Shown: positions 14,051 to 30,399, numbered from the stretch's first letter. The stretch is 64,000 nucleotides of DNA from Chrysomallon squamiferum (GCA_012295275.1 CM022670.1:12586001-12650000); one strand, 5' to 3'. The notes: generated by a model not told the origin, from the letters alone. Program-made: numbers and translations.

Positions 14051-16066
14051 ATATATATATATATATGTATGTACGTTTGTATAGAAGTACATATTTAATT
14101 ATAATATTCTAATTGTAGCCTTCGTCTTTCATTTATAAACCTGCATTCAGGGACAGAGGGAGAAAAGAGATATTATATCTGAAGGAATAATTCGCCACAC
14201 ACACACACATATATATATATATGTATATACACATACATACATACACATACGTATATACAGACAAGCATGCTTACATACATTTACAGCGGTATACAATTAA
14301 ATATTCAGATTTGTGTGCCTGTGCTTAGATATTTATGCATAATATAAAGTGAAGAAAAGATGATTATCTAGTAAATATTAATTTTTAATGACCTCACTTT
14401 CTAACAAAAATGCATGGGGGGAAAAAAAGTATATCTTTATAAAACTAAATTAGTTCAGACTTACAGAAACATATTTCTCAGATCGCAATAATAATTTATT
14501 GGCATGCATTAATAATTATCTTTGTCAGTTTCAGAGAAGAAACAAACACGTTACTGATTAAATCTGCTTCAGTCACGTGATTAATTAAATGTCGTATTGG
14601 CCCTGGAGACATTAATAAACTCTGCTTCGCCAAACAACATTGATAAAAATGTATTGGATTTATCAGCATCAGTTTAATTGTACGTATTTCCCAGCAGCAG
14701 CAATCTCACTGTTTTCAACGATTAAATCGTGAAACAGAATATGAGTTGTGTTAGAGTGATTCGATCACGTTTCCCTTTGTTTCACTGATGAGAAACCAAT
14801 GACGCTTGCATCTGTAAAATAGTACTCAACTGATTACAGTTAGGTAACTAATTTATGTAAAGGCTGAGTGATTATGGCCCAATTCGTTGATAGATCGGGT
14901 AATTAAATTGTCTGAATATTCTATCAGCATTATGTAATTAATCCTTGTTTAATTTTCTCTCGTATATTGATAATGTGATTGTATTTTTAATGATACAGTC
15001 GTCAGTACCCGGTATTGATCATTATGATCGAATGCGCAGGTGCACAAATATACATGCAGAACCATACTCATTCACATTTCACTACTTTAAAAGAAACTCG
15101 CAATAAATACGTGTTATATGTTCCAGTCATCTGAGGGTCTACCGTGAATAGCTGTTTTACGCATGAGCAACTGACTGAGTGAATTTTTCTATACAATAAA
15201 GGCTGACTGAAGACGTCTTAGGGAAAAAAGTTCAAACATTACTATTGTAATGACTCTGCAACATTGCAGCATACCATACATAGAAAAAGGTCATGAACAG
15301 GAATGTTGGGAGTCTAAATTTGAAAAGTGGTTTGGAAAATACTTCATATACACAAAAAATACTTTTATATATTACAGACATATACTAATAAGCACATATT
15401 GTACACTGACATGTATATATATATATATATATGAATTGTACATAAAAGTATCCGCGGTACGGGACGATACTAAAGTGTTATAAGTTTGAGCCTCCTCAGT
15501 GACATCTGATATTAGTGAAATCTTATATGTCTATTCAGAATACAGTAAGGAAAAAAACACCAGATTTAAAATGAAAACACGTATGTATTGACGTACGTAG
15601 ATATATTTGTATACGTTACATAAACATCATTATTCCATCGATTTTTACTTAACTGACGACAGTAACTCCCCTATAATGACTCATCATTTTAACAGAGACG
15701 TAGGTGGTGTTTTGTTTTTTTATTGTTATTAGCTACAATCTAAATAATAAATAAGAGATAATTACTGGTTTTAAGTTTTTAATTATTTAGTTTTCTCTTG
15801 GTGTGTATGGGTGTTTGTGTGTGTGTAGGTTTATATGAAATTCTGCTGCAGATGTTCGTACGTTCTACCGATCTTTCTACGTGTGTATGTAGGTAAGTAC
15901 GTAAATATATATATGTAATTTGTTTTTTTATGTGTTTTGTGAGTGTGTGTGTGTGAAAATATATATATGTGTGTGTGTTTATCTATTTGTTTTTTATGTG
16001 TTTTGTATCTAGTGTGTGTGTGTGTGAGAAAAAAATAGAAATATACAGAGAACGAAATACAAAAGG

Positions 16067-16151
<85 letters not shown>

Positions 16152-16585
16152 ACTCTCAACACATAATATTATGTCAATTAATAGTTACATCTTTCAAATA
16201 TCCCGTGAATTTTAAACATCTGTAACACGTTATGGTCTGCTAGGTCATTCTTCTAATCTATTAGCATTTAATATACACGTTTATTTATTATTTAACAAAA
16301 CACACACGAAATTGGCAAAGCAAAATGCATCGTAAGATCACAGTCATCTAATTTTAATAAAAGCTTTTTCCTATTTTTAAGTAGGATTTTCTCTCGCTGT
16401 AACTAAATATTTTAAAATGGAAAATCGATAGGTTTTCGCCTGGAAATATATTATTATTTCGACTTATTAATAAAACTGCACAAGTACATGTTTTGAAGAT
16501 GCAAGCTGGTTCGACCGCTTGCTGTTAGCGAGTATTTTATTTTACTTTTTATTATTGTTGTTCCGTTTTTAATAAATTAATAAAC

Positions 16586-16621
<36 letters not shown>

Positions 16622-16757
16622 TTAATTTATTATTATTATATATAATGCGAATGTATGTATATGTGTAAATATGTGTGCACGTTTTGTATACGTTTATTCA
16701 TGCTTCTATCAATCAAGTTTATTTATTTATACACAATTATATATATATATTGTTTTG

Positions 16758-16789
<32 letters not shown>

Positions 16790-17193
16790 TTGTGTGTGTT
16801 CATTTATTTCACAAACAAGAGCCACTGTTTAATGTTAAAATACAGTTTCTATTTTCAGAACGTGTTACAAGTGTTATGTAATGGAACAGATTAGACACGT
16901 GGTCTCTCTACCTGTCATCAGACTTTTCCAGGATGAGACGCTCAGAATAAAAGTCAAATAACAGATTCATTAAGTAGATAGATACTGGACAGTATAATTA
17001 TATTCTGTGTGTTTTAGTAACATTTTAATATAATACTGTTTTATACAATATTGTGCTGCAGTAATACTTATTAATAGTGTAGAGAATGTTTGTATCTATT
17101 AAAAGAAGTAATGGTAATAAATAAATAAAATATTTTTGAAATAAGTAAATCAATTATTTTTGCGTTATTTTTTTTATAATTAGCACGGATGTC

Positions 17194-17273
<80 letters not shown>

Positions 17274-17864
17274 ATATTTTTTATAATTAGAATAGATAAT
17301 GACTGTTTCTCTCTTAATCAATCTCTTTTCTCTCTCTCTCGCTATTACTGTGTGCGTGGTGGGCTGGGTGGGTCTATATTTGTTTGAAGGAATGAAAGAA
17401 TGAGAGAAAAACAAAAATGTTACAAGACGAGAAAAAACAAACAAACAAGAAACTGAGAGAAAGAAAAAGAAAGAACCAGAAATATGACGGAACGAAGAAG
17501 CAATAAACAGAAGAAAAGGTTAAAAGGTCAAACAAAAAAATTGTTATTCACTAATAACAAAAGAAAAAAGAGAGAATTTTTTTGTTTAATAAAATAGGAA
17601 CTATTATCACCTTATATTGATTTAGCCAGATCAAAACAGACATGAATCTACATTGATTATGCACCTTGACTTTCTCACTGTTTCTTTAACACATGATTCC
17701 CAGTGATCAAACGAAGTAATTCCGCGTTCAAACACTCACACCGTGATTTATATCGAGTAATATTTGTTTTTATATTTATTTGAAAAGATAAAAAAATAAA
17801 AATAAAAATGTTATTACATTTGTAACATTTCCTGATATGCAAAAATTCAGACAAAAAACGATGT

Positions 17865-17912
<48 letters not shown>

Positions 17913-19257
17913 AGAGAGAGAAAAGAAAATACAAATAAACAAACGTAAAACAGATGCACTGAATACAAAGTCACGCACTCACACGCACCACGCACACATT
18001 TACTCAAATATGACAAAAACAAAGACAGACTGCCACGTTATGACAAGTATCTTCCGGAGCTCTGAGATAAATACTCCTTGAGTTAGAAAGAGAAAGAGAG
18101 AGAAGAAAAAAAAAAAAAAAAACAACCAACAACCAACAACAACCAACAACAACAACAACAACCTCAGAGCATATTAAATTTTTCATTAATTAACACTATC
18201 TCGGTCGCTTATAAATAATAATGAGGATTTGTTTTAGGATGATATGCTACGCTTCAGTAGAGTGGACCTTCCCGAATTCAGACAGTGAAAGAAGACAGGA
18301 ATAAACAGCGTATCATATAAAATATTTTAATAAATTATTAACTGATAGCATGTGCCAGACACGCCACGTTTTAAACAGCAATGTTTGACGAAGGAAAACA
18401 GGCAATTATGGGTTATTTTAATAATTAGGAATATAGATTTTTGTTATTCCGCAGTCAAGGGAAATGAAATGAAAAACATATTTCTTTATGACCGATTATC
18501 AGAAGTCAAATACGTAGTTTATATGCTTTATGTAGGAACATGCATATCCATTAAACAATCGATCCATCCATTCATAACCTACGTATGCATATAGACATAC
18601 AGATATATATAATACATATATATATATATACACATACACATACATACATATATACAAGCATGCTTAAATACAGAGATACACATACAACAATACACTTACA
18701 ATAACAGTCACACGCCCTCACACACACACACACACACATATATATATACACATACATACATACACACATGTATATATAGAAAAACCTTCTAATTTTAAAT
18801 ACTTAAATACTTTAAAGATGAAAACGACCGATGTGAACCCAGTCAACAGTTTTATTTCATTTCTTATGCATTTTCGTTAATGTTGTTGTGTGCGTGTATG
18901 TACGTATTTATACACGCACACAGGCAGAGACACACACATACATACAAACGCACGTACACACATACATATAGATGTGTGTGTGTGTGCGCGTGCTTGTGTA
19001 TAAATACATACGAACGCAACAAAAATATGTGTGTGCGTGACTGTGTATATGTATAAATATGTGCATACAGGCACGCAACAAAAATTGCACGTTTGTGTGC
19101 GCGCACGGGAGTCTGTATCGGCAGGGTTATATATACGAGTATGTATATCTGTGTATTATTATGTTAAAATAAAATAAAAAAAAATAACAACAACAACAGC
19201 AGCAGCAGCAACAACAACAACAACAACAACAACAATAATAATAATATCAACAACAAC

Positions 19258-19297
<40 letters not shown>

Positions 19298-19353
19298 TCA
19301 ACGAGAACACCAATAAAAAGCAACAACAATGACAGCATAAACTAATAAGACGG

Positions 19354-19385
<32 letters not shown>

Positions 19386-19793
19386 GTAAATGTGCTTCTC
19401 ATTTATTTATTTTTCGTTTTAATTTAATTTTATAGCTGTCTGAGTTAAAGACACGTCATTGATTAAGTGGCTGCTATAACAACGCGGACTGTCAACGTTT
19501 GTAACTGTACACCTGTAAATAAATTCTGTATCGATCGACTCGATAAACCGCTACACCTCAGTGAATAACACACGCTCACGCAAAATCTGATAGCGTTTTC
19601 TAACAGCCTTCATTCAGTCAACGTGTCCCAATAGCACTGCAGCTGCTCTAACTAGCTACCGTAAGCGTTCTGCTATAGGCTGGCATCTGTCAGGCGGTGT
19701 TAACAAGTGATTATATCGTTTGTAAAAAAAATTTTTTTTTTTTTTTTTTTAAGATAAATTGATAATTTTTCAATGATGTTAATAGGCACTCAT

Positions 19794-19906
<113 letters not shown>

Positions 19907-19980
19907 CAAATGCAGATATAGATATGTTTAAGTTAAAATATTAATTTCTTTGTTTGCATGTTTTGTTTTACATTATCTTC

Positions 19981-20071
<91 letters not shown>

Positions 20072-21644
20072 TAGATTGATTCATTAATCGGATAGATTTA
20101 AGATAACCTCCTGGTGTTTCTCCCGTTAGCATAATATCAATAGGAATATTATTCCGCAGATCAGTTAGAAAACAAATAGATTAAACTGCAATGACTGAGT
20201 AAAATACCTTTTATGTGTTATCGGTTTAATAATGTCATAAGTAATTCGTTTAGATTCTTAGAAAATACATCCGTCATTATAGGTACTGTTACTTTCATTA
20301 TTATTTCTACTGTTAATACTACTTCAAGTGCCATTATTAATATTACTACATCATCAAAAACAAGTATTACTATCACTTTTAATACATTATTGCTACTACA
20401 ACTATTACTAGTTCTACTACTACTGCTGGTAGCACTACTAACATCTACTACTAATAACATTACTACTGCTAGTAATAATATTACCAGCAATTATCAGTAT
20501 CACTACTACTACTACAGTTTCCACTACCACAATTTCTACTGCTATTACTACTACTATTATAATTCTATACTGCTGCTATAATTACTATTACTACCATTAT
20601 CACTTCTGCTGCTACTACTACTACCATTATCACTACTGCTGCTACTACTACTACTATTACTATTACAAAAGAATACAAGAAAAAGAATGAAGATTATCAC
20701 ATAATTATTAACACTTTTGGAAAACTACAGATCACCCATGATTTGTTTCTGTTTCAGACTTTAGCAAAACAGTTTTAATGTACGTACGTTCATTCTGAAC
20801 CATTAAGGTCGCTCTTTTACTAGATGATGTACGGTATGCCATTCAAAACACCTGTTTCACGACATGGAAATCTGGAAGCTGGTTGTCTCGTTGAGATTAA
20901 ATTATTAATAATTAAGCAAACATATTATATATTTTTAGCCCACTGTAATTATGATGTTGCTAACGAACGCATGTCCAAAACTCATTACGACATAAAAGGG
21001 TTCGCTATTTGAAAGGTGATAAATGTTTAAAGCGGTCAAAACAGTTTTAATTTAAGCCCATTCTTTTTTGGATTTTTTTTTACTATTGTTAACTTTATCA
21101 GTCTTGGCATGAAAAAAGAGATAAATATAAATGACAAGAGACAATATATATATATATATATAATTTATATATTATATACACACACACACACATACATACA
21201 TACATACATACATACATACATACATACATACATACATACATACATACATACATACATACATACATACATACATACACACACATAAAAATAGATATAGATA
21301 TAACTTTTTTTTTTACTGATATAGATTCCTGATACAGTTGCATATTTTAAAATATTTAGAAATGGAAAAATACTTTTAGTTTCTATTCTCGTTTCGCGTA
21401 TTCATTTATTTATTCCATAAAAAAAAAAGCTCTCTTCCTTTGATCATTTTATCACTCAACAGTTCTTCCATCACTCGTTCAATCCAGCCAGACAAGTACA
21501 GAGCATCCACGCAAAAACCCGTCCATCCCATCTGATACTGCACACAGTGACCCTTCTTAGCGTTTATTAAACATTCATTTAAACAGCCATTAATCCTTTG
21601 GTCCTTCAGTTGACCCAAACACACATATAAATTATTTATTATGT

Positions 21645-21820
21645 TATACTGTATTGTATTGTACTGTATTGTATTGTACTGTACTGTACTGTACTGTACT
21701 GTACTGTACTGTACTGTACTGTACTGTATTGCACTGCACTACATTGCATTGAACTGCATTGCATTGAATTGATTTGCATCGTATTGTATTGTATTGCATT
21801 GCATTGCATTGCATTGCAGT
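21645..21820. repeat. Compound pentanucleotide satellite (GTATT)/(GTACT)/(GCATT)
   Basis: Direct reading; explains the QYST/QCNA ORF. Confidence 0.93.
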
Positions 21821-24800
21821 GATATGTTGGTTTATAGAAAGAACAAAATTATTTTCTATGAATAATACCCAAAACATAACTTTCAGACATAAATATATGA
21901 GACAAAAAAAAAAATAAAAAAAAAAAAAATATTTCCAGAGGTTGTCGCTGGCGGAAAAAATGAAATGTCAACCAACGATATTGAAACGATCTATCACCAC
22001 ACATGATGAAGTTGTTTCCACTGGCGATGACGTCGTTTCTGATCGCCCATGTGATTTGTGGTCTTTGAGATATCGCTGCCTTAAACTGTGATAAAATAAA
22101 TAAAAGTAATAATAAATAATAATTACCAAAAATTGATATCTGCCATCATTTCTGATAGCCAAAGTGATCTGTAGCAGAAAGGGGTATTTGCATGTTCTGC
22201 TGTATTTGAAAAAGTACTACAACAATGAAATAAAACTCAGAATTGTCTTTCATTGCCAACATTAGTAGATGTGTTTAGATACGTCAACGCAAAAACATTC
22301 AAAAATAATTACAATATTTATAAATAAATAAATAAATACGTAATAATACCATACAAATACAGCTACCACTACTTCTGCTATTACTACAACTACTACTAGC
22401 AACAACAATAAATAAATGACAGTTATAGTAATAATAAGAACAAAAACAATACTAATGATGGTGATAACAAAAATATTAATATTAATAAACCACTATAAAA
22501 TAATCATATTCCTTTTCCATATTTGCCCTGTGTCCATTAACCCGAAGCTACATACGAAAACTAACAGCAGCAAATAAACTCATAGCTATAAAATAAATCA
22601 TTGCAGAAACCTTCAGGCAGTCGTAAAAAACCCACTGATTTAACCGATGACCGATGTTTCTCACTAATAGATATATCTGTTTTCCTTTGTTATATCTAAA
22701 AATGAATAATTTACCATTCAGAAAGGCTTGATGGCCAACAGAGAAAAAAATAATAATAATTTAAAAGAAATTTATTATTTAGAGAAATGCTGAATTGTTT
22801 TTTTTATTTTATTATTATTTTATTTTTTTTCCATCGCCACGATCTCTGCACCCCACCGAGAGAAAAGTGATTCTCAGTTGATTCTAAACGATGACCATTG
22901 CCTTCAAGTTGACCACGGAAATGAAGTGATTATAGTGTGGGTAATAGCTTTTGTATGATTATCTGAAGTCATTAATCTTGTTTGTTTGTTTGTTGTTGTT
23001 TTTTTTTTCATATCGATATTATTATTATTATTATTATTATTATTAGTAGTAGTAGTAGTAGTAGTAGTAGTATTGTTATTATTATTATTATTTCCGGTTT
23101 TTTCTCTTTGTTCGAGTTATCTGAAGATCACTGTTGTGATGAATAATAAACGATAGACCAGCAGAAAGACAGACAGACAAACAGGCAGACACAGAGACAG
23201 ACAACCAGACATACAGATATTTTAATTGTAAAATTATATTGTTTAAAATTAAATATCAAATATGAAAATATATTTAAGAAAGAATTTTCAGTGTAACAAA
23301 ACACTTCTGTATTTCTTATGATAATTATTATTAAGGTTTGCAATGATGTCTTAGGTTACAGCTACTACTATTATTTCTAACAACAACAACAACTAAAACA
23401 AAAACAGCAGCAACAACTTCATTTGCATCATTTCCCATGATGGATAATACCTTTTGCATTCGGCGATAATGTTGTACATAACGATTTGGGAATGTAATTT
23501 TTTATCATAAATAATTCACCACAGTTTGTAGAACTTTTACAAAATTTGGTCAGACGTTTATCGAGACGTTTTATTACAATGTACGCTTTGATATTGTTAA
23601 AGCAAAGTAATATCATTAGTAAAACCAAAGCGTGATACCTTTAAAATGTATTGAAATATTCTTCATATAATTACAGCGTGATCTTAATAACATATCTTAA
23701 TATCATCGTATAATATTCTCTTTATGAAAGTATTTGGGTAATTAAAAAGAAATGGGAATTAGAGAGAAAATAAATGTATACATAAACACAATTAAGAGAG
23801 TAATTTCTTCTCTCTTCGACTTATTTATTTATTTTTAATTTTAATTTTAATTTTCTTACTTTTTTAATTTATCTTTTATTATTATTTTATTTTATTTATT
23901 TATCTATTTTTCTTTTTATTTATTTATTTATTTTATTATTATTATTTTTTTTTTTTTTTTTTTTTTTTTATTTTATTTTTTATTTTTTTTTATTTTATTT
24001 GTTTATATTTTGGGGGGGGGGTTGAACGTAATATATATATTTGCTTCTCCTGTGTAAAAATATAATATCACTATTTAAATAATAAAATTGGCAGAAAAAC
24101 GAAATGATCTGAACAAGATCTTCTGACAAATGCCAGTGGATATATTTACACCCATCATCCCACTTGCTACGGTCGCGTGATGATATGGCTAAATCACGTC
24201 ACATCTTCTGATGAACAATCACCGCACGCGCGCGCGCGCTATTGCCCGGGCCTCTCGTCTGTCAAATGAAGAAAAATATGCTTTTCGAGAGACATAACGC
24301 AAACAATTTAAAACAATTTTCACAATGATTCTTTCTTACTGCATTATTGATGAAGCAATTAAACGGCGTTATTTGGCGGCAGTGGAGAACACGTGACAAT
24401 TTATTGACGTGGGAACAAGCCCCCTGGGAACTGTGGCCTGCATTTTAATGGCTCGACAATTATTGTAATCTACACTGACTTAATGCTATCGAGGAAAGTA
24501 AATTATCGTGGATTTGTTATCATTACACGACGTCTCTCGTTATGTCACGGTGATGGCGCACCTAATGTTGACCACCATGACGTCGCAGAGTGCTGCTGAA
24601 ATAACCTAATTAACGAAGTGTCGTCTGCAAGGTGCTCAGACGACCTAATTAACAGTACAAGGTTTGCGAGGTATTTTCGCGTAACCCAGTTAAATGCGTC
24701 ATTGTGGTTAGAAAGGAACTCACGCAACTCACTGGATAAATTCGTCGTAGGTAATGAACGATGCCAAGTTGCGAGATGGTAAAACAGTTTAATTAAAACG

Positions 24801-25083
24801 ACATGCTGTTCAAAGTTCGAACAACGAAATAAAAACACTACGAGTTTACAAGATGTGTCAGTACAGTCAGTACATTGATGAAACCTTCAGAGTGTGTGAG
24901 ATATTTAGCAATATTTGTTGCTTTTGGTGGTGGTGGTTGTTGTTATTTATTTATTTCTTATTTTTTGTGTTTGTGCGGTTTTTTGTGTTTTTTGTGTTTT
25001 TTTGTTGTTTTTTTCTAAATAATTAAACCACTGACGACCTAAAGATGTAGTACTAACTTTCAAACTGTAATCTGTCGTCCTAG

Positions 25084-25146
25084 GCATCAGGTACTGAAGA
25101 GAGCATAATTATAAGAGAAGAGTCCACAGCAATCATGTTTGTACTG
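25084..25146 (+). other. Predicted 63-nt symmetric (phase 0-0) cassette exon, ASGTEESIIIREESTAIMFVL if coding
   Basis: Perfect TACTAAC branch point at 25051-25057, acceptor gtcgtcctag| at 25083, donor CTG|GTACGC at 25147. Only phase 0 is open. Confidence 0.4.
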
Positions 25147-25789
25147 GTACGCGAGACACTACTTCACACATAACAGAGCAATGATGAGAATATAATCGAT
25201 GTATGCAATCGATTTTAATGTCAAAGAACAAAACAACAACAACAACAATAATAATAAATAAATAAATAATGAAACAATGTTATGAAATATGCAATATAAG
25301 CCAGTTGCTTTGATGACATTTTGAAAATAGAAAGATTATTTTTGATATAATTATTTGTAGCAAACAAATATACGAAATTGCACAAAGTTAACGATGAAGA
25401 CTGCGAAGATGTTGATATTAATAATAAGTTTGTAATTGATAATAACAGTGATAGGTATGTTGATAGTGACGTTAGTAATAGTTGCAGTAAATCATGTTTA
25501 TATATTTACCCGTGTCTCATACTTTGTGTCCAGTGTGTTTACGTGTAGAAGTGAAAAGAGTCGTATGACAATGCTAGCAGTTGTAATAATAATAAATTTA
25601 ATAATAATTATAATAATAATAAGAAGAACAACAACAACAACAACTACTACTACTACGACAACAACACGATGAACATTGTCAAATATCATTAACCGTTTCT
25701 CTGATAATAATGATGATAAACCGACAACAGTGTGGACAAAATGATAACGATGTTGATGATGATTAATAATTATATATTTTTCGCCCCGT

Positions 25790-26043
25790 TTTCCTTTTTA
25801 TCTTTGTGGTCCTTCGAGTGTCATTACGCGGACGCAAAATTATCACCAGCACACACCGACCATCTGAATCACCGGATACGACCGCAAACCGCCGCTGCGT
25901 GCTAAAACACGACCAGGAAATAATTCGTGATAAACTAGGTACTCGAAACTCATTTGTGTCTGAACGCTAAATTACAAGATAGCTGCTATGGCAACAGAAC
26001 GCTTCGGTTTGTTTTAATTTGCACGAGCACAGCGTGCTATCAG
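25790..26043 (+). promoter_or_regulatory. Candidate alternative promoter / non-coding first exon
   Basis: CpG-rich island, near-consensus X-box GCTGCTATGGCAAC at 25982-25995, strong donor CAG|GTAAGG at 26043/26044. Confidence 0.45.
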
Positions 26044-26683
26044 GTAAGGTTTGACGAAAGTCAAAGGAAGATTGGGAGAAATGGATTGAATTCATGTACA
26101 GATGTAGCTATAATACCTTGTGGCAAGATTTCTCTTGATTTTTTTTTTGAGTTTTATTTTATTTTATTTTTTTTATTAATAAGTAATGTTGCTTGGACAG
26201 CGGGAGGGGGTGTGATGAGAAATAAAAGTCAGACGTTTCGAAATCGTTTGATTGTGGAGAGAATGAAATCGAACAAATAATCAAATGTGCAAAATACTTT
26301 AAAGAAATAAATAATATGCTAAACATATGAATTAAAAAAAGGAACAAAAAACAAATAAATATAATATAATGAACTTAATGAAGGAAATACTGTTTAACGT
26401 TATTTCATGTTTTTGATAAATATTTATGAATTAGATGGGAGGTGGGAAATGATAGTAATAAAAATAAACGATACGTCTATGAAATTACGTAGTGGACATA
26501 ATTATACCAAATAAAAATATAATGATGTATTAATAACATAAACACACTTTATAAAATACGTCATAAAATAATACTAATAAATATATCATAGGTTTGTTAT
26601 TGATTGAAAATATTCGAATATATTAATTGTCCTGTTCTGCTTACAGAATTAAATAAATGAAGGATACATTTCAGCACGAAAAA

Positions 26684-26777
<94 letters not shown>

Positions 26778-26847
26778 CGATGCAGAAAAGAAAAAAAACA
26801 TTGAAAAAAACATGTCTACAAGTCCAACATGAATTGTGATCGAAATT

Positions 26848-26879
<32 letters not shown>

Positions 26880-27926
26880 CAGGGAGTAATGACTGGGATG
26901 TGAAAAATCATACAGACACATAATTATGACAACAACAAAAAATAGATGCAAATTACATGTTGTAATATGTGTTCATGTTGTCAAGAAAGCAGAAAAATGT
27001 GAATTTATTTTTTGTGGACTCGTGTTTTTATGTCTGATATAACTTTACGAAAAATATTTCTTTTTAAAAAGTATTTGTATGCGGGCGCACGCGCTCACAT
27101 TTTAATGTTTAAACAATAATTTTTACTTGTAAACTGTTGGTAATCAAGATTTCGTAATTGCATAGACAAAATAATGGGTTTAACGTTCATATCATTTAAC
27201 TAATAATCTAAATAATATCAATGAAAATAACAACAACAACAACAACAGCAACAACAACAATAATAATAATAATAATAAGAAGAAGAAGAAGAAGACTTAA
27301 TAAATGAATAAATAAATAAATAATTAAAGACTTTTTTGGATGAAAGTTTGATAAACAAAATTATCCGAATCAGTAATAATAATAATAATACTAATAAATA
27401 AATAAATAAATAAACATTAAAAAGGTGTATCCATGAAATTTAGCATAATGTTATGTGTAGTTTCAAATTACATTATAGTTACAAGCAGTTTTTAGGAATA
27501 TTTTTCTCCTTTGAAAACGAGATCACTAAAATCCCAAATTTATTTAAACTAACTACATAATCCAAAAAGAGTTAACGGAAACGATTCGGTCCATTGTGTG
27601 ACGTCATTTGATTGAAACAAGTAGCTTGACGACTGTAAAACACATCATTTGAGTCCAGATGCAGAGGTATGAACGTACCGTCACCAATTGCAGCTGAAAT
27701 TCAGAAAACAATTTTGTACGTTAAACACTGACAAATATTTACTTAGGAAACAACCGTGAGTTTTAAACCACTCAAGAAATGCTTCAGGAACGCAAGTTGT
27801 GAAAAACTGTACAAATTCGATTACTTGCGTAAATTTGTTTGATAAACGAAACTGAATCGGTCAAAGGAACAGCAATTCTTAAAACGTCTTTCCAGTCACA
27901 AAACAGAAAGTGGGGAAACTACAGTG

Positions 27927-28064
27927 ATGACAGACGTACTTACTCACGTATTAATGAGAGAACCAGAATGTGGAACAAAGGAATCTAGAGAAGTAACTGA
28001 CTTTCCTCGATCTGTTTTGGACTCAAATGACATAGCAACCAGAAGGGGTTCAAAAAGACAGAAA
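27927..28064 (+). CDS. Possible alternative coding first exon (MTDVLTHVLMREPECGTKESREVTDFPRSVLDSNDIATRRGSKRQK)
   Basis: Non-repetitive open frame downstream of a perfect CRE (27599). Contains an RRGS PKA-type motif. Ends at a weak donor AAA|GTGCGA just before microsatellite begins. Confidence 0.35.
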
Positions 28065-30399
28065 GTGCGATATATATATCGAGAGAGAGAGAGAGAGAGA
28101 GAGAGATACAAACATACAGACACACACATATACACACATACACACAGATGCATACATGCATGCATACATACATACATACATACATACATACATACATACA
28201 TACATACATACATACATACATACATACATACATAGATACAGGCAGACAGACAGACAGACAGACAAAGATAGGTAAAAATACGGCAACAAGCAAAAACAAA
28301 TAAAAATCGCATATGTATACACCTTTAGATTCCGATGTAGATACCTGTACAGAAGGAAATACACATAATGATACATAATCAAACAAGTATATATATACAC
28401 ACACACACAAAATACACATATACACACCCATATATATACACACACACATATATATATATATGGAATTTAATACATCAATATGAACAAGCACACCCACATG
28501 CACATGATTTCCTACTCTGTAACGATATTTTAGATTTTGTACTCGATCCAGTTTTTTATTTAAAATGTTCTTTAATAATGCCGTTTGAGTTCTACAGAAC
28601 TTGCCCAATTATCCAAAGAATCTATATAAATATCCCTTTTGATCTATTTATGAAATATTTTAGATTAAAAGAGTAGATGCCCTTTGGCTACGCTTTTCAT
28701 AATCGACATTATCTAAGGCATTATTTTAATTTTAATGTATTAGTTAATTATAGAGAAGGAGTTACATCTCACAAATTAATTCTGGAGATTCGATCCCAGA
28801 ATGTCTGTGATTTAAAGTCAATGTCTTATATATTGCGCACCAATGTCGGTTAAGGATAGGTTGCAGTTTATTGTTTTTACAGACACACCTTTTTGATTAC
28901 TCTCATTGACTATGAATACATCTCATTAACTAACATGATACGTCATATGGGTCGTTTCTGAAGTTCTAAATTTCAAACATTCCAGTTACCTTGTACAGTT
29001 TGATATAGATATATTCTCCTTTTTCAAAGTGAAATGACACCATGCAAATCATATTCGCACAAAACTCATCAATTAAACATTAAATACGATTACGTATTCT
29101 GTTCTGTCATTTTGCTTTCATTTCCTTTATGGAACTGTCCCAGTGTAACTGAATAACCATCGCAGGGAGTCTAGAATAATCTATGGGAATATTTCACACG
29201 CTGACATAATATTTAAAACAGCGATGTCTACTAATATTCTGACATTTTACCTTCTGTTTTCGTTCTTTGCCGATGCTTGTGTATGTGTCTGGTATAAGCA
29301 GGACATTTTAGCGTTTTTAATGATACGAACATTTGTTTCTGTTTTGTTACATCAACTTTCTAAAATAACTACAACCTCCATAGCTATGGTGTTGTCATCA
29401 TAATAGTTATCCGACCAACAACCATGACACTGTATCTGAATAACATAGACCGTATTTTTTAGTTACTTAGATAATTATCATAACCGCTGCTTCGTCGCCA
29501 GCATGGCCGACATAACAGATTTTATCTTGGTTCCTTCATAGCTAAACTATCATAACATCTAAAATTACGAAATTATCATAACGCCTTCGTTTCAGACAAC
29601 ACACGTTACCATCATACCAGCACCTCTGTTATCACTATGACTACCATCGCGAGTTTGACCAATATAGTCTCCATATACAGCCAGTACACTATCATCACTA
29701 TCACTATTACTGCTACAACTGTTATCGCTTCTATCACCAAGACGACAGCCATAATAAAAATATCGTATATCACGATAACCACTGATAAGTAATACCTGTA
29801 TCACCATAACAACATTCGTAATTACCACAACACAACAGTGACGAGCTTCAAAATGGCAACACAGCATTGCAGTCATAAGTATAACCACCATACGATCATC
29901 ACACAAACATTATAATTGCATCACAGAGTTACGACTACCCATGACCTTCGTACCACCACCACCACCACCACCACCACATCTACCATTATATCGTGATCTG
30001 TACGATGGTACAACAGCTACAACAACCATGACATCTGTTACTAGGACAACTACAGCCGTAATCATTTCTATTTCAACGATAATAACTATTGCACCTACAC
30101 TATGACGTAAGTACGATCATACTTGAGTTTATTTAAAGTACGTGTGACAGAGTTAATTTATCATACATGATTAAATACGTTTCAGCAGTTATTGATTGTT
30201 TTACATATTCGTCTGTCTTTAGTTTTGTGTTCAGTATACGTCATTTTTTTCAGATAATAAAAACACCGTTGTCATAAAACCGACTTGAAACGAGCGACTG
30301 TTAATTTTCACAGTGGTGTATCCTGTTTAACAACATTTCATTGTTGTCATTTTTAATAGTCGATTGATTATGTATATTAATGTGTCTGTTAACCGTTAA

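Noticed and set aside
25086-25098. CATCAGGTACTGA, resembling the 3' half of miR-12
   Set aside because: The seed (UGAGUAUU) is absent and there is no hairpin.
29350-30110. Minus-strand ORF 29592-29906 and surrounding strand-biased sequence
   Set aside because: Decayed ACC/ATC/ACT trinucleotide region with no recognisable protein features.
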